64,000 nt of DNA from Heterodontus francisci (lineage: Eukaryota). The stretch lies in assembly GCF_036365525.1 (NCBI RefSeq), contig NW_027140442.1, positions 4,898,001 through 4,962,000 on the forward strand. The letters are read 5' to 3'. The notes under the pieces are model-generated. The model was not told the origin of the DNA, did not search any database, and saw only the letters and a list, made by a program, of their open reading frames with translations. Numbering within the stretch: the first letter of the stretch is position 1; each line of letters opens with the position of its first letter. A program made the position numbers and the translations under genes. Positions 52,580 through 63,619 of this stretch are shown here, one piece after another.

Positions 52580-53640
52580 CCTTCCAGGAGCTATCAGACT
52601 GGACCCTGATTCCCCACCGTACTTACCTGGGGTATGGGACTCCAAGGCTGCTCTGATCCTACGCCTGGTGCAGTATCAGCAGTGGCCCCTGCTCCCTGGC
52701 TGGCCGCAGCCATCCCACATAATTTATCTGAGGTCCCGGGTTCTGGCTATGATGCTGCTCCCAGGGCTGGTGCACTCTCAGCAGTTGTCCCTCCTCCGTA
52801 GCTAGCCCCAACATCCCCACCACACAGACCTGGCTCTGGTGTCTCCAGGATAGGCATTGGTCTTGTACTGAGCATTGTCCCTACCTCCCTCTATTTCCTT
52901 ATAGTTCCCAGGCGACAGTCTCACATATACCTTGGCTATGGATGTCCAGGAATGGTCCTGGTCCCAGGCCAGCTGTAGTACTGGCAGTAACAAAAACAAG
53001 AAATGCTGGAATCACTCAGCAGGTCTGGCAGCATCTGTGGAAAGAGAAGCAGAGTTCACGTTTAGGGTCAGTGACCCTTCTTCGGAACTGGCAGTACTGG
53101 CAGTCACCGCGTTCCCTGACTGATCCTGGCTATCTTATCAGCATTATCGGAAGTCCAACCTCGAGTGAAAATCCTTGTCCCTGGACTTGTGTAGTACTGT
53201 CTGTGGCACCCGGTCATTGACGAGCCCTGAAACCCCGCAACACTTACCTTTCGTGTCGGGGTCCAGCATGCTATCTAGTTCCAGGTCTGGTGTAGTACCC
53301 ATATTGGGCCCCAGACTCTGACGGGTCCCCACGAAACCCCTGAACCTATCTGGGATTTGGGACTCCAGTAATATTCCGGGTTTCAGGATTGGAGTAGTTC
53401 TGGCAGTGACACCCACTCCCTGACCAGCCCCAGAGGTCCATAAACACTTACATGGGGTCCAGGCTCTCCAGTCATGCTCCTAGTCCTCGGCCTGGTATAT
53501 TACTGGCAGTGGCCCCGACTATCTGACTGGCCCTGGTGTCCTCGCCACATTTGCCTGGGGTCTAGGTCCCCAGTGATGGTCGTGAACACAGGCCTTGTAT
53601 AGTGCTAGCAGTTCCACTGCTCCTGGTGGTGTTGCCAATA
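52580..53640. repeat. Highly degenerate ~102-bp tandem repeat (~9-10 copies)
   Basis: A GTAGTACTGGCAGTG.CCC..CTCCCTGAC-like motif near 52669, 52770, 52863, 52975, 53191, 53292, 53393, 53496 and 53598. Confidence 0.55.
52990..53090 (-). mobile_element. Short Penelope-terminus copy with TSD
   Basis: AGTACTGGCAGT at 52977-52988 and 53093-53104; near-identical to 24594-24698. Confidence 0.85.
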
Positions 53641-54126
53641 CCACTGAGCCGCTGGCCCTCTGATTGTTCAGTAACTTTGGCAGGTGGGATCCCCATCCTA
53701 AAAGTGATGCGGACAAGGGCACCAGGCAGTTAACTTCCTGGGCGCCACTGAATTGCACTGTGTGAGCTCCAAATTGCCAAGTCGGGCTCACCTCATATTT
53801 TCAGTCCGCTGTTACAAACTCTGCTGGCTCCGCTAAACTTAACTCTCTGTTTCGAGCAGAAATCCCTGTCACTGGTACAAGACTTAGAGACATGCAGAAT
53901 GTGGTAACAAATGTATAAATCTAACCCGAAATCCTTCAAGCTGTCAAGCTGTGTTTTCCACTCCGAACTGATGCATAATTTCCTGATAATTTCCCTGGTT
54001 AAAAGTTAACCTAGTGACGATTGAGATAATTTGTTGTTTCAATTATTGCTTTGAAATAATTGAATTCGGTGCTGTCTGTCACAGGTGAGGGAATCTATCA
54101 GTCAGTCCAACATTTAACTTTCTATA

Positions 54127-54296
54127 CAAGAGCAAAGTGCTGCAGATGCTGGAAATCTGAAATAACATCAGAAAATTCTGGAAATATTCAGCAGGTCTGG
54201 CAGCATCTGTGGAGAGAGAAACAGAGTTAATGTTTCAGGTCAGTGACCCTTCATCAGAACTGGGAGAGATGAGAGAAGGAACGGTTTTTAAACGGA
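54127..54296 (-). mobile_element. Penelope-terminus copy within the GPCR pseudo-exon
   Basis: Reverse complement contains CAGTTCTGATGAAGGGTCACTGACCTGAAACATTAACT and matches 62490-62655. Confidence 0.85.
54225..54261 (-). ncRNA. Minimal hammerhead ribozyme motif (second copy)
   Basis: AGUU-CUGAUGA-A-GGGUC(ACU)GACCU-GAAA-CAUU-AACU; the stem III palindrome is broken by a G>A change. Confidence 0.6.
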
Positions 54297-55189
54297 CTGG
54301 TCTCACCAAATGTGTCACTCGCGACCTGGTGGCCATATCAGTGGCGGATCTGATGGTCATTGTCCTCGACCTGATATTGAGACACATTGCCATTCTTCTT
54401 TGGGAACTGCTTCAGTTCCTGTTGTTCATTCCCGTGTGTAATATCCACGCCATCCTGCTTAACGCAGCCACAGACTGTTCTGTTTGCTTCACCGTTACTT
54501 TCACCTTTGATTGATTTGTGGCCATTCATTGCCAGAATTTGAAAAGTAAATATTGCAGCGAGAAAACGGCTGCTGTGGTGCTGGGAACAGTGACTGTGAT
54601 GAGTTGTTTAAATAACATCTACTGGTATTTTATATTAACAAGTCAGTATCGGCTGGGGAACATCCCCTAGTTTTGTAATGTAACTGAGGATGTTGCAGAA
54701 TCTCGTGTCTGGGGAACAATCGAGTTCCTCCATTACATTCTAAACCCGCGGCTCCCGTTTGTGGTGATTCTGCTGCTCAACGCTCTCACAGTCAGGCACA
54801 TTTTAGTGAACCGCAGAAGACGCAGAAGACTCTGGGCTCACAGCAGCGGGGAGAGTGGCAGAGACCCAGAGATGGAGAATCGAAGGAAATCCATCATTGT
54901 ACTGTTAGTTGTCTCGGGGAATCATTCTGTTATGGACCCTGTTCATGGTGAACTCGATATGGAACCGGATGGAGCATTTGGGGTCTGTGTCTGCTTATCT
55001 AGCTGTGTTTCTGCAGGAATCGGGCTTCATGTTGCAGCTCCTGAGTTGCTGCACAAACACTGCGATTTGCTCCTTGACCCAGACTCAGTTCAGAGAGCAG
55101 TTGAAGAATGTGCTGAAATATTCCTTTCCTGCAATTGGTAAACTCATTCAAAGATGAGAGGCACTGAATCATTATTTCCAGCAGCTGGC

Positions 55190-55745
55190 GGGGGGGGGGG
55201 GGGGGGCTGTCACTATGGATACAGATCAGGGGCGGGGCCTGACACTCTGCAGACAGAGCGGCGGACGGGGATTGCCTCTCGAGACAGAGCGGGTGTCGGA
55301 CCTGTCACTATGTTGACTGCACGGAGGAGCGAGCTGAAGCTATGGTGACAAAGCGGGGGTGGGGCTTGTCGCTATGGTGGGAGGGCAGGGTGGCGGGGCC
55401 TTATGTGACGGTGGCAAAGTGGAAGGCACGGGTCTCGCTATGGTGAGAGAACGGGGATTGGGGGGGTTGTGGCTGAGCCTGTCGCTATGTTCACTGAACG
55501 GGGACAGGGTCTGTCGCTACGGTGACAGCCGAGGGCTGGGGCCTGAAGCCAAGGTGACGGAAGATTGGGGGCAGGTTCTCTGCCCCATGATGACGGGGGA
55601 GTGGGAGCGATCCATGTTTCCCATGGTGGCGAGGAAATGAAGGCGGAGCTCGTTACCCATTGCGACTGGAGAATGGGGGTGGAGCCTGCTCCCTTGGTGA
55701 AGAGTGTGTGGGGGCCAGGTCTGTTCTCATGGTGACAGGGAAACG
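55190..55745. repeat. Degenerate G-rich tandem repeat (GGGGCCTGTCRCTATGGTGAC core)
   Basis: Recurring GTCRCTATGGTG / CCCATGGTG motifs every ~35 bp. Confidence 0.65.
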
Positions 55746-55764
55746 ACAGGCAGAATTTTGCATA

Positions 55765-56100
55765 ATCATTTGTAAACTTGAAAATCTCTTTATATTACTC
55801 AGAACCCTTTATAAATTTTAGTTACCATTTATAATCATTCTGAACCGTTACACCCGTTTGAACCCTTTATAATACGCGATGACGATTTGTAACTCAGTTT
55901 AATCCTTTGGAGCACTATATAATCCCTTGTAACTTGTCGAATCCTCCATAAGCTTTTCAACAGTTCGTAATCCTTTTTAATTATTTTTAGCACTTTATAA
56001 TCCTTTATGGTTGTATAATCGTTTGTAACTTTTTATAATCCTTTATAACCCTTGTTAACCCTTTATTATCCTTTATGAACCTTTATACTCATTTATAACC
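55765..56100. repeat. AT-rich short-period repeat (CCTTTATAAT-like)
   Basis: Repeated TTTATAATCC / TTTGTAAC motifs. Confidence 0.6.
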
Positions 56101-56134
56101 AGCTACACCTCATTCATTCACTGCTGTGGACAGA

Positions 56135-58000
56135 AAACCATGAAAATGGTCGCAGTGTATGACACTTAAATAGCCACAGAGCATATCACTTAAAATGGCC
56201 GTAGTGCATATCATTTAAAATGGCGGAAGCGCATGTCATTGCAAATGCTGGCAGAACATGTCACCTGTGCATGTCATTTAAAAGAGCCAGCGGGCATATC
56301 ACTTCAAATAGCCTCACTGCATTCCACTTAAAATGGCCACAATGCATGTCACTTAAAATGGCTGCACTGATAGTCACTTAAAATGGTCGCAATGCATGCC
56401 AGTTAAAATAGTCACACTGCATGTCACATTAGTGGTCGCAGTGCATGTCACTCAAAATGGCGGTAGTGCATATCACGCAAAATGGCGGAAGTACATGCCA
56501 TTTAAAATGGTCACTCTGCATCTCACTTAAAATGGTTGCACTGCATATCAGTTGAAATGGCCACATGGCATGTCACTTAAAATTATCGCGGTGCATATCC
56601 TTTGAAACGGCCGCAGTGCATATCACTTAAAATGGCTGCAGTGCATGTCACTAAAAATTGCTGCACAGCATGTCACCTAAAATGGTCGCAATTCATATAA
56701 TTTAAGATGGCTGCAGGGCAAGTCATTTAAAATTGTCGCACTGCATCTCACTTGAATGGCTGCATGCACACCACTTAAAAGGGCCACAGTGCACATCATT
56801 TTAAATGGAAACAACAAATATCACTTAAAATGGTTGCACCACATATCACCTGCAATGGTCAAACTGCAGATCTTTTAAAGTGGTCGCATCGTAAATGGCA
56901 TACAATGATCGCGCTGCATATCAGTGAAAACTGTCGCACTGAATATCCTTTAAAATGGCCACACTGCACCTCACTTAAATGGTTGCACTATATATCACTT
57001 TAAATGGTCGCATGACATATCACTTAATACGGCCGCAGTGCATGTCACTTAAAATGGTCGTATGCACATCACTTAAATATGCCATCGTGCACATCATTTA
57101 AAATGGCAATAATAAATGTCAGTTAAAATGACCACAATGAGTGTCACTTAAGTTGTCTTCTTTTTATTTATTCTTGGGATGTGCTCATCGCTGGATAGAC
57201 CAGCAATTATTGCCCATCCCAAATTACCCTTGAAAAGGTGGCCGTGAGCTGCCATCTTGAACTGCTGCAGTCCGTGTGGGGTGCAGGGGCACCCAGAATG
57301 TTGTGAGGAAGGGAGTTCCAGGATGTTGGCACAGCGACAGTGAAGAAACGGCGATATAGTTCCGAGTCAGGATGGTGTGTGTCTTGGAGGGGGACTTACA
57401 GGTGCTGATGCTCCCATGCATTTGCTGCCCTAGTTCAACGAGATGGAAGAATTCACCGTTTGGAAGGTGCTGTCTAAGGAGCCTTGGTTGCAGTGCCTCT
57501 TGCAGATGGGATACTTTGTTGCCACTGTGGGTCGGTGATGGAGGGAGTGTATGTTTGTCTATGGGGTGACAATCAAGTGGGCTGCTTTGTCCTGGATGGT
57601 GTCGAGCTTCTTCTGTGTTGTTGGAGCTGCACCCATCCAGGCAAGTAGGGAGTATTCCAACACACTCCTGACATCTGCCTTGTCGATAGCGGACAGACAT
57701 TGGGGAGAATGGATGTGGGTTAGTCACCGCAGAATTCCTAGCCTCTGACCTGTCATATCACGTAAAATGGTCGCACTGCCTGTCACATAAAATGGTTGCA
57801 CACATTCATATTAAGAATGCCACACTGCCTGTAACTTAAAATGGCCACAGTGCATAACACTTAAATGGTCACTGCACATCACTTGAAATGGCAGCACTGC
57901 ATGTCAGTTAAAATCACTGCCACCGAAAGTTAATACTTCAAATGACCACCGCGATGTGCTCTTATTTTAAAATGGCTGTCGTACATATCACCTAAACATT
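56135..58000. repeat. 25-bp minisatellite (CACTTAAAATGGCCGCAGTGCATGT), ~50 diverged copies, split by a LINE
   Basis: Period 25 (56187 to 56212); the array resumes at ~57750. Confidence 0.9.
57160..57750 (-). mobile_element. LINE family B 3' fragment
   Basis: Reverse-complement homology to 61390-61935. Confidence 0.88.
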
Positions 58001-60219
58001 GATTAAATTCCACTGCCCGGAAACAGAAGCATTATTCTGGACTCATAAGAAATTTTCGCATCGGGTCTACTTGATGGCTTCAACATTTTCTCTGTAGGGG
58101 TGGACACTCCCTATTCTGCATCGTGAATTAACCTGTTTGTGGCACATTGAAAGGCCAGTTCGAAATTAACCAAAGGGTTAAACCAGTTTCACAACTCAAG
58201 TGCCGAAATCCAACAGGAACACGCTTAACCGTGGCACCAAAGTTGAGCTCCTGGAGAGGAAATTCACTCTCAGTGTAATAAACAGACACAAACGCACAGA
58301 GACCCAAACGATGCTGCTTCAGAGTGAAGGCCTCTGTCCAAGGAAGAGGAAGATACTGTCCAACAAAATTCCTCATCCCAAAGCTCTCTCTCTCTTTACA
58401 TCTTGTCATGCCATTTTTCGAAGTAAGAACAAATGTTCCCAGGAGGCAAGGGAAAACGAAAATTGGATGAATCAAAACAAGAGTTTCTTAAGAAGAGGTA
58501 TAGAAAGAATCCAGAGCTTCCCGTCTCAGTTACACCGACATTCTCAGAAACATCCCATGACAAACAAATGCCGCTTAGAAAACAGAGGATTGAAAGTGAT
58601 CAAGATTGAGACAGAGGGATACTGAGAACACACAACCCACACACACCAGACTGAGAGAGAGGTCCATTCCCCGGCAGAGAGGGAGGGGAGAGTGTTTGGG
58701 ATTGGGACTGGCTCCCTTCCCACCTAGAAAACCCCCAGGCCAGCAGTTTGCATCCACCCTCTGAGTGTAACACGTTACGATGTCTCGCAATCTGCTCCCT
58801 TTGTGTCCTGTACATTGACACAGGATAGAACATGTTTGACTGATTTCATCTTCTCCTTCCCAAAATCCACAAACTGGACTGGCCTGGCAGACCCATTGTG
58901 TTAGCCTGTTCCTGCCCCACTGAACTTATTTCTTCCAATCTTGACTGTATCTTTTCTCATCTGGTACAGTCTCTTCCCACCTACATCCGTAATACTTCTG
59001 GCGCCCGACCTCATTTGACAATTTCCAGTTTCCTGTTCCGAACCGCCCCCTCTTCACTATGGATGTCAAATCTCTCTACACCTCCATCCCGCACCAGGAC
59101 GGGTTGAGGGCTCTCCGCTTCTTCCTTGAACAGAGGCCCAACCAGTCCCCATCCACCACCACCCTCCTCCGCCTGGCTGAACTTGTTTCAGTGCTGTATC
59201 TCGCATCTAATCTAATCACATTGAACAACTGCTCCTTCAACTCCATGCAATTCCTTCAAGTTAAAGGTGTCGCTTTGGGTACCCGCATGGGTCCTAGTTA
59301 TGCCTGTCTTTTTGTGGGATATGTCCAACATTCCTTGTTCCCGTCCTCCTCAGTCCCCCGCCCCCAAATCTTTTTTCTGGTACACTGATGATTCTTTCGG
59401 TGCAGTTGCCTGCTCCCGCCCGAACTGGAAAACTTTATCAACTTTATTTCTAATTTCCAACCTTCTCTCACCTTCACATGGTCCATCTCCGACACTTCCC
59501 TTCCCCTCTTCGACTTCTCTATCTCCATCTCTGGGGATAGGCTGTCTACTAATATCCATGATAAGCCCACTGACTCCCACAAATACCTCGACTGCACTTC
59601 TTCACACGCTGCCTCCTTTAAGGACTCCGTTCCATTCTTACACTTTCCCCATCTCCGACGCATATTCTCTGATGATGCTACCTTCCATGACAGCGCTTTT
59701 GATATGTCTTACTTTTTCCTCATCCGAGGGTCGCCCCCCCCACCCCCGCCCCACCACTGTGGTTGACAGGGCCCTCAACCGTGTCTGGCCCATTTCCCGC
59801 ACCTCTACCATCACTCCTTCCACTCCCTCCCAGAACCGCGACAGGGTTCCCCTTGTCCTTATTTTACACCCCATCAGCCTCCATATCCAAAGGATCATCC
59901 TCCACCATTTCCGCCACCTCCAGCTTGATGCCAGCACCAAATGCATCTTCCCCTCCATTTCCATGTCAGCATTCCGAAGGGATCGTTCTCTCCGTGACAT
60001 CCTGGTCCACTCCTCCATTACCCCCAACACCTCGTCCCCTTCCCATGGCACATTCCCCTGCAATCGCAGGAGGTGTAATAACTGCCGATTTACCTCTTCT
60101 CTCATCACTATTCCTGGCCCCAAACACCACTTTCAGGTGAAGCAATGAATTACTTGTACTTCTTTCAATTTAGTAGATGGGGTTCGCTGCTCACAATGTG
60201 GTGTCCTCTACATTGGGAA

Positions 60220-61942
60220 GATCAATGGCTGAAGCATTAAGATAAGGCTGAAGCATTTGCAACAATCTTCAGCCAGAAGTGCCGAGTTGATGATGCATCT
60301 AGGCCTCCTCCTGAAGTCCCCAGCATCACAGATGCCAGAGTGCAGCCAATTCGATTCACTCCACGTGATATCAAGAAATGACTGAAGGCATTGGATACTG
60401 CAAAAGCTATGGGCCCCTGACAATATTCCGGCAATAGTACCGAAGACCTGTACTCCAGAACTTGCCGCGCCCCCAGACAAGCTCTTCCAGTACAGCTACA
60501 ACACTGGCATCTACCCTGCAATGTGGAAAATTGCCCAGGTATGCCCTGTACACAAAAAAAGCAGGACATGTCTATTCGGCCAATTACCACCGCATCAGCC
60601 GACTCTCAATCATCAGTAAAATGATGGAAGGTGTCATCAGCAGTGCCATCAAGCGGCACTTGCTTAGCAATAACCTGCTCAGTGACGCTCAGTTTTGGTT
60701 CCGCCAGGGCCACTCAGCTGCTGACCTCATTACAGCCCGGGCTCAAACATGGACAAAAGAGCTGAACTCAAGAGGTTAGATTAGAGTGACTGCCGTTGAC
60801 ATCAAGGCAGCATTTGACCGAGTATGGCATCAAGGAGCCCTAGCAAAACTGAGGACAATGGGTTTCAGGAGGATAACCGTCCGCTGGCTGGAGTCATACC
60901 TAGCACAAAGGAAGATGGTTGTGGTTGTTGGAGGTCAATCATCTGAGCTCCACGACATCACTGCAGGAGTTCCTCAGGGTAGTGTCCTCGGCCCGACCAT
61001 CTTCAGCTGCTTCATCAATTACCTTCCTTCAATCATAAGGTCAGAAGTGGGGATGTTCGCTTATGATTGCACAATGTTCAGCACCATTCGTGACTCCTCA
61101 GATACTGAATCAGTCCGTGTAGAAATGCAGCAAGACCTGGACAATATCCAGGCTTGGGCTATTAAGTTGCAAGTAACATTCGCGCCACACAAGTGCCAGG
61201 CAATGACCATCTCCAACAAGAGAGAATCTAACCATCTCCCCTTGACATTCAACAGCATTACCATCGCTGAATCCCCCCCCTATCAACATCCTAGGGGCTA
61301 CCATTGACCAGAAACTGAACTGGTGTAGCCATATAAATACCGTGGCTACAACAGCAGTTTAGAGGCCAGGAATCCCGAGGCGAGTAACTCACCTCCTGAC
61401 TCGCCAAAGCCTGTCCACCATCTACAAAGCACAAGTCAGGAGTGTGAAGAAATACTCGACACTTGCGTTGATGGGTGCAGCTCCAACAACCCAATCGAAG
61501 CTCGACACCATCCAGGACAAAGCAGCCCGCTTGATTGGCACACCATCTCCAAACATTCACTCCCTCCACCACCGATGCACAGTGGCAGCAGTGTGTACCA
61601 TCCACAAGATGCACTGCAGCAATGCACCAAGGCTCCTTGGACAGCACCTTCCAAACCCGCGACCTCTACCAGCTAGAAAGGACAAGGGCAGCAAATACAT
61701 GGTAACATCCCCACCTGTAAGTTCCCCTCCAAGACACACACAATTCTGACTTGGAACTTCAATATCGCTGGGTCAAAAGCCAGGTACTCCTTTCGTAACA
61801 AAACTGTGGGTCTACCTACACCAAATGGACTGCAGCGGTTCAAGAAGGCAGCTCACCACCACGTTCTCAAGGGCAATTAGGGATGGGCAATAAATGCTGG
61901 CATAACCAGTGACGCCCACATCCCATGAATGAATTTTTAAAA
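60220..61942 (+). mobile_element. LINE family B (CR1/L2 group RT), 5'-truncated, inserted in the GIY-YIG domain
   Basis: DIKAAFDRVWH, GVPQGSVLGP, FAYDC, plus the 3' UTR ending ATGAATGAATTTTTAAAAA. Confidence 0.92.
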
Positions 61943-62522
61943 ACGCAAACTAGATGACCGCTTTGCGGAACACCTCCGCTCAGTCCGCAAGATGGACACT
62001 GAGCTTCTAGTTGCTTGCCATTTCAACACTCTCCCCGTGCTCTCATGAGCGCATCTCTGTCCTGGGATTTCTGCAGTGTTCCAGTGAACATCAACGCAAG
62101 CTCGAGGAACAGCATCTCATTTATTGATTAAGCACACTACAGCCTGCCGGACTGAACATTGAGTTGAACAATTTCAGAAGATGACGGGCTCCATTTTACT
62201 TTTATTTTCAGTTACATTTTCTTTTTCCTTTTTAAAATATTTTTTCGTGTTTATTTTATTTCATCCTAGTTTGTTCATTTTGCTTGCCCACTGTTTTTTT
62301 TTCATGTTTGCACTTGCGGCTGTTCAGTTTTCAGTCTGTCAACACCCGATCTGTACTAATGCTTTGTCTTTCAACACACCATTAACATATTGTTTGCCTT
62401 TGCTCACCGACCTTCTGGTCAGCTTTTCTGTGACCTTGTCCTATTTACACCTTCCCCTTTGTTATCTCTTGTCCACCCCCATTTTACTTGCTTATAACCT
62501 TTTACATTTCTAATATTTGCTC

Positions 62523-62557
62523 GTTCTGAAGAAGGGTCACTGACCTGAAACGTTAAC
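62523..62557 (+). ncRNA. Minimal type I hammerhead ribozyme motif in the Penelope terminus
   Basis: GUU-[CUGAAGA]-A-GGGUC(ACU)GACCU-[GAAA]-CG-UU-AAC: core boxes, a stem II hairpin, palindromic AACGUU stem III and a GUU/AAC stem I. Confidence 0.75.
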
Positions 62558-63301
62558 TCTGCTTCTTTCTCCACAGATGCTGCCAGACCTGCTGAGTATT
62601 TCCAGCATTTCTTGTTGTTATTTCAGATTTCCAGCATCCACAGTATTTTGCTTTTATTATTATGATCAGGATTTATTGATTTGATATCTTTAACTCCAAG
62701 TCATTGTCGGAAATATTACTGCAATTTTCAAATATCTGATTCCATTCACAGACCCCACACAGGGACTGGGAAATGAACCAGTGACACTGGTCAATTCCAC
62801 ATACAGCTCATACTTAATATTAAACGCAGTATGTTCCATCTGTCGTTCCCTTTCTCCATGTCTGCACTTCTGCATTGGATCGTCTTGCGGTTTCAGAAAC
62901 CTGATGTCAGGACCACATGGGGGGAACCTGAGACTGCTCTTCCCAGCAATGAGATTGGTGGAACAACATTCCCGGTACATAGCTTCCTAAATTTCCGCTC
63001 TGATGAAGGGCACAGAGCATGTTCCCGCTGCTGTTAGATCAGAAGGCCAGCAGCTCTGGAGCCTCAAGAGCGTCCACTTCTCCGAGTGGTCAGCGGATCG
63101 TGAGGCCTGAGAATATTAAGCATCACTTTTAGTCTCCAAATCCCTGTAATTCTCTCTTACACTGTCTGTGTGACCGACCCACACACAATCTGTCTGTTTG
63201 TTTCTCCCAATCTCTGTCACGATCTCTCTGTCCCTATCTCTCAGTATTCGACTCCCCTCTCACTCTATTACTGTCTCTTTCCCTCTGACTCTCATTTTTA
63301 T

Positions 63302-63612
63302 TTGTTTAGAGATGCAACACTGATACAGGCCCTTTGGTCCACTGAGCCAGTGCCGACCAGCAACCACCCATTTATACTAACCCTGCAGGAATCTCACATT
63401 TTCGACCTACACTAGGAGCAATTTCAGTTGGCCAATTTTCCTTTCAACCTTTGCAAGTCTTTGGATGTGGGAGGGAACCGGAGCACCTGGCGAAAGCCCA
63501 TGGGGCCACAGGCAGAACTTGCAAACTCCACACAGACAGTACCAAAAATCGAACGCGGGTTCGTGGAGCTATGAGGCTGTGGTGCTAACCACTGCACCAC
63601 TTTGCTACCACT
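63302..63612 (-). mobile_element. Diverged HE1-like SINE
   Basis: Homology to 49393-49752 (GTGGTGCAGTGGTTAGCACC, GAGTTTGCAAGTTC). Confidence 0.85.
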
Positions 63613-63619
63613 CCGTTTC

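Larger units (their letters stand above)
54006..55157 (+). pseudogene. GPR139-like GPCR pseudogene exon 2
   Basis: AG acceptor at 54004-54005 then (V)NLVTI, a ~270-bp insertion, then GLTKCVTRDLVAISVADL. TGA replaces R of DRF (54512), TAG at 54668, frameshift near 54922, then CCTNTAICSLTQTQFREQLK and a stop at 55157. Confidence 0.9.
58820..62660 (+). mobile_element. Penelope-like element (RT + GIY-YIG endonuclease), decayed and interrupted by a LINE
   Basis: MDVKSLYTSIPH, QVKGVALGTRMGPSYACLF, WYTDD, CSQCGVLYIG / RKLDDRFAEHLRSVRK and HFNT, followed by a T-rich 3' region and terminal repeat. Confidence 0.9.

Noticed and set aside
58134-58772. Possible solo LTR (TG...CA bounded)
   Set aside because: No TSD or second copy; insufficient support.
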